From the IMG/VR virus record IMGVR_UViG_2660238349_000014: 35,039 nucleotides of DNA; one strand, 5' to 3'. Source of the stretch: a virus. Lineage: Duplodnaviria; Heunggongvirae; Uroviricota; Caudoviricetes. Under the pieces are notes generated by a model. The model was not told the origin of the DNA and made no database searches. It saw nothing but the letters and a program-made list of their open reading frames with translations. Every line of letters starts with the position of its first letter. The stretch's first letter is position 1. Positions 8,394-17,957 of the stretch are shown here, piece after piece. The position numbers and the translations under genes were made by a program.

Positions 8394-10858
8394 CAGCTGT
8401 ACTCCTTACGTTGTTTCTGAGCCAGCAGACGCTCCAGCATTTTTTCCAGCTCATGCAGGCTCATATTCAGGGCACCAGCCAGCCCGGCAGGCGCTGCGGT
8501 TTCCTTACCATTGAGGAAAAACTGAGGATTAAAGCTGACCTGGATACCGCCAGACGCTCCACCGCCGGTTGCAGTTGCGCCACGGCCTGAATATCCGGCA
8601 GCCATGATTTCCGGCGACGGGATACGGGGAACATCCGGTGTCATTTCAGCGGCCAGGCGCTGCCCGGCCAGTGCAGCAAGCGGAGTGGTCCGTTGCAGGC
8701 CAATGGCGGCACCCTGCGCGATATTGTCACCAAAGCCTATAAACACGCGACTCGGTGAATGGATGCCCAGCTTTTCGCTGAACCAGTCACTGATGCTGTC
8801 ACCCATTCCGGTTATGCTGGTTTTCAGTGACTCCCATTTGTTTCTGATGCCATTTATCAGCCCGTCGATAAGATGACCACCGAAGTCGGTGAACTTCGCC
8901 GGCAAATCAACGCCGAGATATTTCAGCGCAGCCGCAAAGGCTTTATAAAGCAGACCCGCCGGAGACCAGTTAACCAGCAGTTTACCAATTCCCGCGATGC
9001 CGCCGTTAAAGGCTTCCTGAATGTCAGCCCAGCGCTGTTTAAACCAGCTACTGACTGCGCCCCAGTTGCGGTAGATAAGGTAAGCTGCTGCCGCGACGGC
9101 GGTGATAGCGAGACCGATGGGATTCATCATCAGCGCCCGGCCAATCCAGAGAAGGGCACGTGCAGCAATCATAAAACCGCGAACGAGGCTGCCCGCCAGA
9201 ACTTTGCTGAGTTTCAGTCCTCCGCTGGCCAGCCGGCTGAATCCAGTGACAAGCCAGCGTAATTTGCCACCTTCTCCGAGTGCGGTAGTCAGTCGACGCC
9301 AGTTGGTCCGCAGTAAAACAGCATTTTTCCAGACGCTTACAAAGGGGGAAATAAGGAGATTCAGCCCAAGCTTGAGACCGATAGTGGCCATCCTGAAAGC
9401 GAGTAATGCGCCCACAACCTTTATGGTGCTGCTGACGAGCTGCGGATTTGCCGCTATCCATTTGCCGACGCTGTCCATTAAAGGAATAAATGTTTCACCC
9501 AACTGGAGCAAAGCCGGACGCAAGGATTGCCCGATGCTGATAGCAGAATCATTAAAGCCGATCTGCATTCTGCGCCAGCGACCTTCAAGCGTATCATTCT
9601 GCTTTGCAGCATCCTTATCCAGGGTAGACATTGCAGCCGGAGCATTCATTTCCTGCTTACTGGAAAGGTATTTATCCCAGCCCTGTCGCATTGACAGTAA
9701 ATGGTTGACAGTCTGAATATCGGTAAAGACCTCAGCCAGACCAAATGACTCCATGAGTTTCTGCTGACCTTCCTGATCGCCTCTTGCTCCTGCAGCTTTC
9801 CATTGCTGCAAAAACGCTTTGCCTTTACTGTCGATAAAACGGTTGGCAATCATCAGTGAAGCTTCGTACTGCGAAAAACCCTGAGCGACGTAATTCTGCA
9901 TTGACCCCTGGTAATCCACCCCGGCTTTAGCATATTTCTGGATGGTATCTCCGCGGCCCATTGCTGCCAGCCAGTTGGACATATTGGTGACCGCTTCCTC
10001 TGCAGAGCCACTACCTTTACCGACCTCCAGACTGGCAACAATCTGGGTAATCGCATCTTTTCCATAAATGCCACGGGCAGCGAAGGCTTTAGCCATACCG
10101 GGTAATGCTTTTGCCATATCCTTCAGCTCAAATGACCCAAGTTTGGCTCCTGTTGCCGCAATACCAAATGCCTGTTCAAGTTCTTTCGCATCAGTGATTC
10201 TGAGTGCATCGCTGAAGGCATAAGTCATTTTGGCAAGGTCGGTCATATCGGCTTTGGTTGCTGTAGCGGTCTTTCCAAGCATCTCTGCAAACGTTGCTGC
10301 CCGTTCGGGGGCCATACCATCAGCAACTAATTGTCCGACTCCCCCTAACAGAGACTCCTGCAGTTGGTTAACCTTCAGCGAGGCCTGTCTGATAGCCAGG
10401 CCAATTGCACGTTCCTGTTTTGCATCCAGGTCTCCTGTGACACTGATATCCCGTAACTGTGATTCAAACGAGGCATATTGTTTAACCGAGGCCATGACCG
10501 GTGCGCCCAGCGTTCTGCCAATAGCATAGGTTTCTGCACCCTGACCATAGAGCGCCAGGCGGTTAGCCTTCAACGCATCACCGGTGGCTGATACTGCTGA
10601 CAGACGGCGCTGCTGACGTTCAATTTGCTCCATGGTGCGGCTTACCCGCAGCAACTCGCTGTTGAGATGCTGCATCCGGGAAGAACCCAGTTGACCATAA
10701 CGTTCTGTTGCCCGGGTTAAGGCATTCTGGCGTTCCTGCAGACGGCGGGAGGTATCACCAAGGGAATCAAGGGCGCGTCGGGTGCCACTGACGGCTGAGC
10801 GGAAGCTGCTCCCGACAATGCCGCCAATAATGACGCCGACTGAAAATTCACTGGCCAC
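8393..10858 (-). CDS. tail tape measure protein
   Basis: 821 aa, the longest ORF in the window. Alanine/glycine-rich and predicted helical, with hydrophobic segments. Lies between the chaperone and baseplate genes. Confidence 0.8.
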   Translation of the reverse strand: MASEFSVGVIIGGIVGSSFRSAVSGTRRALDSLGDTSRRLQERQNALTRATERYGQLGSSRMQHLNSELLRVSRTMEQIERQQRRLSAVSATGDALKANRLALYGQGAETYAIGRTLGAPVMASVKQYASFESQLRDISVTGDLDAKQERAIGLAIRQASLKVNQLQESLLGGVGQLVADGMAPERAATFAEMLGKTATATKADMTDLAKMTYAFSDALRITDAKELEQAFGIAATGAKLGSFELKDMAKALPGMAKAFAARGIYGKDAITQIVASLEVGKGSGSAEEAVTNMSNWLAAMGRGDTIQKYAKAGVDYQGSMQNYVAQGFSQYEASLMIANRFIDSKGKAFLQQWKAAGARGDQEGQQKLMESFGLAEVFTDIQTVNHLLSMRQGWDKYLSSKQEMNAPAAMSTLDKDAAKQNDTLEGRWRRMQIGFNDSAISIGQSLRPALLQLGETFIPLMDSVGKWIAANPQLVSSTIKVVGALLAFRMATIGLKLGLNLLISPFVSVWKNAVLLRTNWRRLTTALGEGGKLRWLVTGFSRLASGGLKLSKVLAGSLVRGFMIAARALLWIGRALMMNPIGLAITAVAAAAYLIYRNWGAVSSWFKQRWADIQEAFNGGIAGIGKLLVNWSPAGLLYKAFAAALKYLGVDLPAKFTDFGGHLIDGLINGIRNKWESLKTSITGMGDSISDWFSEKLGIHSPSRVFIGFGDNIAQGAAIGLQRTTPLAALAGQRLAAEMTPDVPRIPSPEIMAAGYSGRGATATGGGASGGIQVSFNPQFFLNGKETAAPAGLAGALNMSLHELEKMLERLLAQKQRKEYS

Positions 10859-10950
10859 GGTGGCTATCCTCTGAAAGCAAAAAAACGGAAGGGAAGTGTC
10901 TGAACCCCATGCAGAACAGCCGCGACTGGCGGCTGTTAAGTGATACGTTG

Positions 10951-11208
10951 TTACTGATTGTCGCCGAACTCGCTTTTGATTTGCTCTTCAGCCTGCTCCA
11001 GCCACATCTCCAGATCGTCAGTATCGAGGGCATCAATCTCCCCCGGCTGAAACCTGAACCATCTCGCCAGCAGGCCCTGCGCCTGCATCAGTGTTTTTGT
11101 CGCTCTTGCCCAGCCCAGTGATTTTCTGAAATCGTTTCTGCAGCTCCATATAGTCGGCAAGATCCATGTTATCGAGGTCTTCCGGGAGGATACCGGTGCT
11201 ACGGGCAA
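10951..11208 (-). CDS. frameshift extension of the tail assembly chaperone (candidate)
   Basis: Reading frame open across the chaperone stop in the +1 frame. C-terminal QPGEIDALDTDDLEMWLEQAEEQIKSEFGDNQ looks like authentic protein. G5 run at the junction. Confidence 0.4.
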   Translation of the reverse strand: MPVAPVSSRKTSITWILPTIWSCRNDFRKSLGWARATKTLMQAQGLLARWFRFQPGEIDALDTDDLEMWLEQAEEQIKSEFGDNQ

Positions 11209-11374
11209 TCAGTGGTTCGTCCCAGTCTGCCGGGTCTTTGTTGATTTTGCGCACCTGCTTCAGGTCTTTTACTGTCAGGCGTTTCAGTTCAATCTGTTCA
11301 ATTCTGGTACCTGCAGCAGTGGTGAAAGGATAAGACAGCGTAAAAGTATCGGACTGGGTCTGTGACATGATCAT
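11033..11374 (-). CDS. tail assembly chaperone
   Basis: 113 aa, immediately upstream of the tape measure. An overlapping ORF in the +1 frame (10951..11208) ends in an acidic tail. Confidence 0.6.
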   Translation of the reverse strand: MIMSQTQSDTFTLSYPFTTAAGTRIEQIELKRLTVKDLKQVRKINKDPADWDEPLIARSTGILPEDLDNMDLADYMELQKRFQKITGLGKSDKNTDAGAGPAGEMVQVSAGGD

Positions 11375-11465
11375 ACTCCTTTGTAAATTCAGAGCAGTAT
11401 GTCTGGCGGTGGACGTGACGGATATTAAAGGAGATTAAGAAGAAGGGGCCGGAGCCCCTGTGATG

Positions 11466-11747
11466 TCAGCAAGTGCGAAAACCCTTGCAGTTACGCAGGA
11501 AAGCGATGAGAAGCGCCTTTCCCTCAGATTTGCCGATGCCGGAGAACCAGTGGTCGGGCGGCTCCCATGCTTCAATCAAATCGGCCAGTTTGCGGGCCTT
11601 TGAACGTGTGCAGTCAATCGGGTCATTGGTTTTACGGGTATTAAAAAGGGTTTCCACCCCCGGAATATCAAGGAGGGTAAACCACGTACCATTTGACATG
11701 CCCAGTGACGCACATCGCCCTCCTTTGTCAGTCAGTTCAACACTCAC
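11466..11747 (-). CDS. hypothetical protein
   Basis: 93 aa ORF with GTG start 2 bp after the tube gene stop, co-oriented with the operon. No recognisable motif. Confidence 0.3.
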   Translation of the reverse strand: MSVELTDKGGRCASLGMSNGTWFTLLDIPGVETLFNTRKTNDPIDCTRSKARKLADLIEAWEPPDHWFSGIGKSEGKALLIAFLRNCKGFRTC

Positions 11748-11749
11748 CG

Positions 11750-12271
11750 TCAGCCCCCGATATTGATCCGATAGTCAGTCAGTTGATCAACGCCACCGAC
11801 GCGGAAGATGTTGGCCAGATAGTCCAGTTGCAGCAACTCTTCACCATCCAGTACCTGTCTGATATACGTGCAGGTGAAGCTACTGGAGAACTCGGCGTTC
11901 TCGTGCTGTTTAAACGTCCCCAGCGGGTTCTTCTTGAACATAATTGTCAGGAAGGTGACCAGCGGGATTTCGTCGATCAGCCCCTGCGAGCTGTAGCGCT
12001 GGACGCTGGAGCGACACTGCAGCGCCAGCGACTTGTACGGGTTCGCGGCAGACAGCATCGCATCGCGGTAAAAGCTGTTCCATTTGATTTCGCCTTCCAG
12101 TTTGTCAAAACCAGCCGGGAGTTCCACCTTACCCACCATCCCCAGTGCCTTGTGTTCCTGCATAATCATGGAGACATCGGGGAGTTTAACCTCCTCAGCC
12201 CGTCCCAGCAGGTTAGTACCATCCAGATAGATGTTGGCATTCGTGATTCGGTTTATCTCAATCTTTGACAT
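11750..12271 (-). CDS. tail tube protein (Mu M-like)
   Basis: 173 aa, directly downstream of and coupled to the sheath gene. Confidence 0.7.
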   Translation of the reverse strand: MSKIEINRITNANIYLDGTNLLGRAEEVKLPDVSMIMQEHKALGMVGKVELPAGFDKLEGEIKWNSFYRDAMLSAANPYKSLALQCRSSVQRYSSQGLIDEIPLVTFLTIMFKKNPLGTFKQHENAEFSSSFTCTYIRQVLDGEELLQLDYLANIFRVGGVDQLTDYRINIGG

Positions 12272-13698
12272 CAGTTGCCCCCTTTCAGGGTTAACAGGTA
12301 TTCCGAGGTGATCTCAGTCTCAAACGTCAGTCGCTCCAGCGGCGGTGGTGGCGTATATTTGTAGCTCAGCAACAGGTGCCCGGCGGCCAGCTCCGTTTCC
12401 GGATTGCGGGCCGGATCAAACCAGCAACGGAAGCCCAGTACCGCGCCATCACCAGTCATTTTGCGACCGTAGGCGTTGACCGACTCCGTCAGTGCATCAA
12501 TCAGCGCCTGAGTAATCGGCATGTCGATGTACTGCTGGCTGAAGTAACGAATGGACTCATTGATCACATCACCGGTGCGGCGAACGTTCTCAAAGTTACG
12601 CATATGGGTGACCGTTGGCCATGCTGCCGTCCGGTTACCCCACAGACGAAGGCCGCTGCCGTAACTGCTGAATACCGTGGTGATCCCCTGTTCGTTAAGC
12701 AGGTTCACCTCGCTCTGCGGATCGTCAATCATTGCCGACAGCTGGCGCTCCACGCCGGTGATCCCCAGAATTTCCTGATTGGAGGATGACCACCAGTACC
12801 CTTTGTCCAGGTCGACTCTGGCACGCAGGCCCGCCGCACGCTGGCTCAGTGGCTCCAGACGTTCCGTGTTCGTCACCGGGTCATATACCTTCACATGCGG
12901 GTAGCACAGGCGGACACGGTCAGAGCTGGTATTAAAGTTAATGGTGCCTTCCGGGCCTCGTCCCGCCAGAGCCTGCGCAAAAGTGGTACCAACCGGCGCA
13001 TCAATATAGGTTACTGCTCCCAGTTTCTCAGCCATGGCGATAAGCTCAACCGAGACGCTGTTCTGGGTGCAGAATACCGGAGCAATCAGGATTTTGGCGA
13101 AGTAGCCAAACAGGTTAAAACTGTCGTTAAGCAGCTTCATGCCGGTACGGTTGCCTGCAGCGTTAACGGTACCGATGATATCAGCCGGGGTGACTTTGGT
13201 CGGATCAGCATAGTTATAGCTGGCCTTCACCGTTGCATCTGCAGCAATGCTTTTACCCAGGTTAGTAATCACCCCGGTCTGTGCATCAAGCGAGTAGTCC
13301 TGACCTTCAACATAAGGCTGACCGTCGCTGTCCGGTTTCAGTACCAGCTGCGCGACCACCGGATTAGCCAGCCGGGCTCTGCCTGTCGCCTTGTCGAACG
13401 ACACATTCTCACTGACCACAGCGGTTTTATGCACAGACGGATCGAGTACGTTAATGACCAGAACGGTGCCTGCACCATGGTCATAAATCGCATCCAGCGC
13501 CTGTGGAATGGTAAAGCCGGTGAACTGGCTGCCAAATGCCGCAGCGTCTTTCTCAGACAGGCACTGTACCAGCGTATTGACATCCCCCATTGGTGCGGTA
13601 CCAATCAGGCCAATAACGGCAGATTTCACCGTTTTAACCGGGCGGGCACCGTTTTCCACTTCAATGGTTTCCGGACCATGCAGATAGTTAGCTGACAT
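12271..13698 (-). CDS. contractile tail sheath protein (Mu L-like)
   Basis: 475 aa, size and position typical of myovirus sheath proteins. Confidence 0.75.
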   Translation of the reverse strand: MSANYLHGPETIEVENGARPVKTVKSAVIGLIGTAPMGDVNTLVQCLSEKDAAAFGSQFTGFTIPQALDAIYDHGAGTVLVINVLDPSVHKTAVVSENVSFDKATGRARLANPVVAQLVLKPDSDGQPYVEGQDYSLDAQTGVITNLGKSIAADATVKASYNYADPTKVTPADIIGTVNAAGNRTGMKLLNDSFNLFGYFAKILIAPVFCTQNSVSVELIAMAEKLGAVTYIDAPVGTTFAQALAGRGPEGTINFNTSSDRVRLCYPHVKVYDPVTNTERLEPLSQRAAGLRARVDLDKGYWWSSSNQEILGITGVERQLSAMIDDPQSEVNLLNEQGITTVFSSYGSGLRLWGNRTAAWPTVTHMRNFENVRRTGDVINESIRYFSQQYIDMPITQALIDALTESVNAYGRKMTGDGAVLGFRCWFDPARNPETELAAGHLLLSYKYTPPPPLERLTFETEITSEYLLTLKGGN

Positions 13699-13942
13699 GG
13701 GCGTCCTCCGTTTTCACCTCGCTGTCACCGCCGTTCCTGCGCTTTGGTGACTGCACAGCCGGTGTGCCGGCGGGTTTAATTTCTTCAGATACCGGCGTCA
13801 GATGCTTCAGCGCCACCAGTACCTTCACGTAGTCATGCTCCTCCGGCAGGGAAACAGTCTTCCCCGGCCAGAGCAGGATTTCGGTTCCGTCCGACAGCGT
13901 GACGCCGCTGGCCGGGCCGGAATAGCGGTATTCTTTCATCAC
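13688..13942 (-). CDS. small phage protein (Mu gp38-like)
   Basis: 84 aa, conserved position upstream of the sheath gene. Confidence 0.45.
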   Translation of the reverse strand: MMKEYRYSGPASGVTLSDGTEILLWPGKTVSLPEEHDYVKVLVALKHLTPVSEEIKPAGTPAVQSPKRRNGGDSEVKTEDAHVS

Positions 13943-14403
13943 TCGCTTTCCTCATAGTTCACTTCAGTTAACAGCGGGCCGGACGGTAAATCGCTGTCTT
14001 CGATAAAGACGCTTTCAGTCGCGAAGTCGAGGGCGTACTGCCACAGCCCCCTGACTTCACCGATAAACACCTCGCGGGTCAGCCAGATACGGCGGCGGCA
14101 CCCGGGCGGGGTGTAGCCACCAAGAATGCGGCGGACAGCATCCAGGACATTAATCGCCCCTTTTTTACCGTTGAGCTGTCGGAAGACCACCGTGACGCAG
14201 AGCTGGATAGTCTGAGGCTGGATCACCGCACCGGTATCATCCGGCCTGTCGAAACGCGATCCTGCATAGCTCAGCAGCAACGCCCCGACAGAATGATTGA
14301 GGCGGTATTCGGACGGCTTTTCCGGGAAGTACTCAACCTGCAGCTGAGGCAGCTTCTCGCGCAACCGGGCCAGCACCGCATCAAGGACGGGCAGAACATT
14401 CAT
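13939..14403 (-). CDS. head-tail connector / tail completion protein (Mu gp37-like)
   Basis: 154 aa, translationally coupled to both neighbours. Confidence 0.45.
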   Translation of the reverse strand: MNVLPVLDAVLARLREKLPQLQVEYFPEKPSEYRLNHSVGALLLSYAGSRFDRPDDTGAVIQPQTIQLCVTVVFRQLNGKKGAINVLDAVRRILGGYTPPGCRRRIWLTREVFIGEVRGLWQYALDFATESVFIEDSDLPSGPLLTEVNYEESE

Positions 14404-14849
14404 CAGTATTTCTCCAGTAAGCCGTCACGACCGCCGAAAGTGGCCGGGCGGCTGCGTACACGAAACTCTCCTGGCTCAGGCATATCTTTCTGAGTGGACG
14501 GCAGCCCCAGCGTAAGCCTGTTATCACGTAACTCCTTCAGTTGCCGCAGCGCTTCTTTGTGGTCATCCTTCACCGTATCCGGGAGGTCACCTTCCGGGCG
14601 GCGGGCGTAGAGCCGGTAACGGACCAGCGTGATGGCAATGTCCCGCAGAACGGTCGGTATCTCCGCCAGCGGCAGGATATAGCGTCCGCGCAGATGGGCA
14701 TCAATCAGCTCGTCGGCATAGCGGATACAGCTCTCCACCACACGGGTATTCACTGTCGCAGGCGAGTCGAAGTCCATCTCTTCACTGGTGAGCTCGATCA
14801 GCGTTCGTTCCGGCACCTGCTCAAGCAAATCCTCCAGGGTGCAGTACAT
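14403..14849 (-). CDS. head-tail joining protein (Mu gp36-like)
   Basis: ORF trimmed to the ATG at 14849 (MYCTLEDLL...), which sits 1 bp after the upstream gene stop. The longer ORF to 15011 would overlap the neighbour. Confidence 0.45.
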   Translation of the reverse strand: MYCTLEDLLEQVPERTLIELTSEEMDFDSPATVNTRVVESCIRYADELIDAHLRGRYILPLAEIPTVLRDIAITLVRYRLYARRPEGDLPDTVKDDHKEALRQLKELRDNRLTLGLPSTQKDMPEPGEFRVRSRPATFGGRDGLLEKY

Positions 14850-14850
14850 G

Positions 14851-15189
14851 TCACACCCCGCGCAGGATACGAATGACGTCGCCTTCACCCCCGGCTTCAT
14901 CAAGTGCAATACCACAGGATTTACCGTCGCCGGACTGCGGCACGGCTCTGGCCTGAGCATCTGACTGAACAGCCACACCACGGCTGACCGCAGCACCGGC
15001 CTCAACAGCAATAATGCCCAGAACGCTCACCGGCGTGCTGTCGCCGGTAACAGCATCCACTTCGGCAACCCCGAGCGCTGCGGCACCGGCTTTACAGGGG
15101 GTATTATCTGCCCCGACAAAACGCTGCTGTGCCAGTTCTGCCCCTGCCGTTACGGTTGTNATCAGAATGACCTGCTGAGTGGTTCCCAT
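14851..15189 (-). CDS. hypothetical head protein
   Basis: 112 aa, Ala/Gly/Val-rich, directly downstream of the major capsid gene. Confidence 0.4.
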   Translation of the reverse strand: MGTTQQVILXTTVTAGAELAQQRFVGADNTPCKAGAAALGVAEVDAVTGDSTPVSVLGIIAVEAGAAVSRGVAVQSDAQARAVPQSGDGKSCGIALDEAGGEGDVIRILRGV

Positions 15190-15198
15190 AACGCCTCC

Positions 15199-16152
15199 TT
15201 ATTTACTGATACCGGTGATGAGATACCCGGCATCGCCACCAACCACGGCGACTTTGTAGATATCGGTATAACGGCAGTACTTCACCTTGCCACCGGCACC
15301 GTCGTATTTGTCTGCAACAGGCATCCCCTTACGGCGCAGGGTGTAGCCGAAGGACGGCTCGTTCTCGTCCGCGCTGTCCGCCCCCGGCTGCGGCTTGCCG
15401 ACGTAGTGCAGCATCAGGTTGTCTCCCCAGATATCCGCCGGCACGCTGTCCCTATCCATTGCCGCTTTCATGGATGGCAGGGAGACAGGGGCACCGATGA
15501 CGATCTCTTCGATCTGAAAGAGGTCCTGCAGGATCTCCGTAGTGATGCGCTTGCGTTCGTTGGCTCCGATGGCAGCCTGAATCGCCGGGTGGAACTTCAG
15601 CAGCGCCATCACGCTGGCACCCATGGTCATCAGGTTAGGACGCAGCCCCGTGGCCGTACGGACCGCTTCCATACCGGCTTCAATCACCCCGATGGGGTCC
15701 CCCTTACCACCGGCCCAGCGATCACTGGCTGTCAGTTTTTTAACGTGCCCGGTACGGTAGACCTTTTCATCCTGAGCCAGACGGGCGGCGATAAGTTCAC
15801 GGCGCAGATTCACGCCATTCGTGGCGCGACGGATGGCCTTGCTCTCCTCGTTAAACATGGACTCCGCCTGCTCGCGATAGTCCACCGGCGCAGCCAGATC
15901 GTGCTCACCCAGCACCAGATCAAGCGTGCCGGTTTTCTCACGGACCAGAACATTGCTGTCCGCCCCGACGGCACGCTCAGTGTCATATTCCACAAAGGCG
16001 GTTTTCCCGAAGGTCGGCACACGCACGCCTTCCTTGTCCGTCAGCACGACGGGGAAAATACGTTCGCCAATGAATGCGGCATTTTTATAGCCTCGGGCGA
16101 TACTGGTCAGTACCGGATCAACGACACGTTTACCTTTTAAGTAATCAGACAT
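15199..16152 (-). CDS. major capsid protein (Mu T-like)
   Basis: 317 aa, follows the protease/scaffold gene as in Mu-like head modules. Confidence 0.7.
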   Translation of the reverse strand: MSDYLKGKRVVDPVLTSIARGYKNAAFIGERIFPVVLTDKEGVRVPTFGKTAFVEYDTERAVGADSNVLVREKTGTLDLVLGEHDLAAPVDYREQAESMFNEESKAIRRATNGVNLRRELIAARLAQDEKVYRTGHVKKLTASDRWAGGKGDPIGVIEAGMEAVRTATGLRPNLMTMGASVMALLKFHPAIQAAIGANERKRITTEILQDLFQIEEIVIGAPVSLPSMKAAMDRDSVPADIWGDNLMLHYVGKPQPGADSADENEPSFGYTLRRKGMPVADKYDGAGGKVKYCRYTDIYKVAVVGGDAGYLITGISK

Positions 16153-16166
16153 GATTTCTCCTTAAA

Positions 16167-17282
16167 TTACAGGCAGCGTGCGACAGCAGCCTCATAGCTG
16201 ATGCCTTCTTTTTTGGACAGGGCCACTGCTTTCTGATGCAGGGCCAGACGCTCAGGATCGGCTTCCGCAAACTCCGCCACATCCACCTTCACCGTGTCGC
16301 CGACACGCTCNTTTGTGGCCTGTTCGGCGAAATTCATCACCGGCTCCCCGTCGGAGAGCAATGAACGNAAGGCGGTGGCCAGCGGNGTGCGGCTTTCCCC
16401 CTCAGCAAACTCCACCGGCTTGTCGCCACCGGCGACGGCATCCAGCAGGGCAACCACCACGGAGGAGGCGCGGGGAGCCAGACGNCCCTCTGCGACCAGT
16501 TTTTCTGCAAAGGCCACATTGTCCTTATGCAGTTGCTCCTGTCTGNCCTGTGCATCACGCGCATCGCGATCAGCAGCCTGCTGCTTCAGGCGGCGGTTCT
16601 CCTCCTGAAGGGNTTCAATCTCTTCTTTTGTCATCGATGATTCCTCGTTACTTGCGGAAGACGGCACCTGGCCTGTCTCACTGAATTGTGCACCTGCTGC
16701 ATCCTGCGACNGTGTGTCGCGGTACGCCTCTTCGCGCAGANTGTTGAGCTGCCATTCCGGCAGGACTTTTTCTGCNTCGTCCAGACTGAAGCGGGCGATC
16801 AGAAAATCGCGCAGCTTTCCCCACAGGGAGGCATTCGTGATGGCCTGCCAGTCGGCGAACTCCACCACACCTTCTTCCTGCTCACTGAAGGACACCTGTT
16901 TCAGCCCCTTGANGGAAGGTGGCTGTGCNCCGAGAAAGCCCACATGGCGAAGGTAGAGCACGCCGGGCTTCGGATTGGACGGTGAATCCGGGAGGTAGAA
17001 AGAGGCGGACACTTTTTTGAATCGTCCGTCGGTGACCATCTCAGCAAACTGCGGGTCCAGCTGGGCAGGCTCTGCCATCAGATCGACGCCGCTGAGCGAC
17101 AGGGCTTTCACCCAGCCCCACGCCGGGTCTTCCGTTCTGGGATGACCAATCACGAGTGGTGCTTCATGGACGGACGGGTCATAGGCTTTCACGCAGGCGG
17201 CAAGATCGTCTGGCGTGAACGGCAGTTTTTTGCCGTGCATATCGGTATGAGTACCGGCTTTAAAAATGTGAATGGCTGACAT
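16167..17282 (-). CDS. head protease / scaffold protein (Mu I-like)
   Basis: 371 aa with a Glu/Gln/Arg/Ala-rich coiled C-terminal half. Several ambiguous codons. Confidence 0.6.
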   Translation of the reverse strand: MSAIHIFKAGTHTDMHGKKLPFTPDDLAACVKAYDPSVHEAPLVIGHPRTEDPAWGWVKALSLSGVDLMAEPAQLDPQFAEMVTDGRFKKVSASFYLPDSPSNPKPGVLYLRHVGFLXAQPPSXKGLKQVSFSEQEEGVVEFADWQAITNASLWGKLRDFLIARFSLDXAEKVLPEWQLNXLREEAYRDTXSQDAAGAQFSETGQVPSSASNEESSMTKEEIEXLQEENRRLKQQAADRDARDAQXRQEQLHKDNVAFAEKLVAEXRLAPRASSVVVALLDAVAGGDKPVEFAEGESRXPLATAXRSLLSDGEPVMNFAEQATXERVGDTVKVDVAEFAEADPERLALHQKAVALSKKEGISYEAAVARCL

Positions 17283-17496
17283 TTTGCTGTCCCGCGTTAT
17301 GTTGTCGGAGACAGTTTGTGAGAAATGCAGGCCCGGCGATTTTAATCTGCTTTAGAAAACATCAGGGGAGAAGGACAGGGAAAGCAATGCGGTGAACCGG
17401 AGGCGGTTATAAAACAGAGGCTGTAAAGCCTTTATAAAGGTAATACAGCCCCTCATTCNCTGGCAATGATAAATCACCCGCCTGAAGAGAGAAAAC

Positions 17497-17955
17497 TCAG
17501 CGACGGGCCGCTGATTCAAGATGGCGGACAATGGTATCNAGGATGGGGATTACCACTTCAGGCTGTAGTTCTCCATCCCCCGTCACCGGCAGGAACGGGC
17601 GGGCCGGAAGTTCAACAGACTCATTACGCCCCGTTTTACCCCCGAACTGGTGAATGGCACCGTAAACAACGTTGGTCCCCACAACAGCCTGCCGGTCNTC
17701 ATGGTCGGTTGATACTGACCCCATCAGACGCCCGGTATCCTGCAGTGTCTGCCCGTCACGTTCTTCCGCTGCCAGCGAGGGCATCCACCCCGGACGCCCC
17801 TCATCAAGAAAGTTAAACTGTGTTTCCGCCAGCAGGGTTCCGGCGATTTTGCGCATCGCGGGCTCCAGGTCTGTGGCAGCAAGATCCAGCGCACGGAGGC
17901 TCCGGCGCAGGGATTTATCGTTAATGGTGATACTGACCAGGTTATCGGAAGCCAT
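17497..17955 (-). CDS. virion morphogenesis protein (Mu G-like)
   Basis: 152 aa, immediately downstream of the F-like gene. Confidence 0.6.
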   Translation of the reverse strand: MASDNLVSITINDKSLRRSLRALDLAATDLEPAMRKIAGTLLAETQFNFLDEGRPGWMPSLAAEERDGQTLQDTGRLMGSVSTDHXDRQAVVGTNVVYGAIHQFGGKTGRNESVELPARPFLPVTGDGELQPEVVIPIXDTIVRHLESAARR

Positions 17956-17957
17956 TG

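Noticed and set aside
12895-16140. Long plus-strand ORFs (12895..13695 and 15406..16140) opposite the sheath and capsid genes
   Set aside because: Same reasoning: shadow ORFs on the non-coding strand of structural genes.
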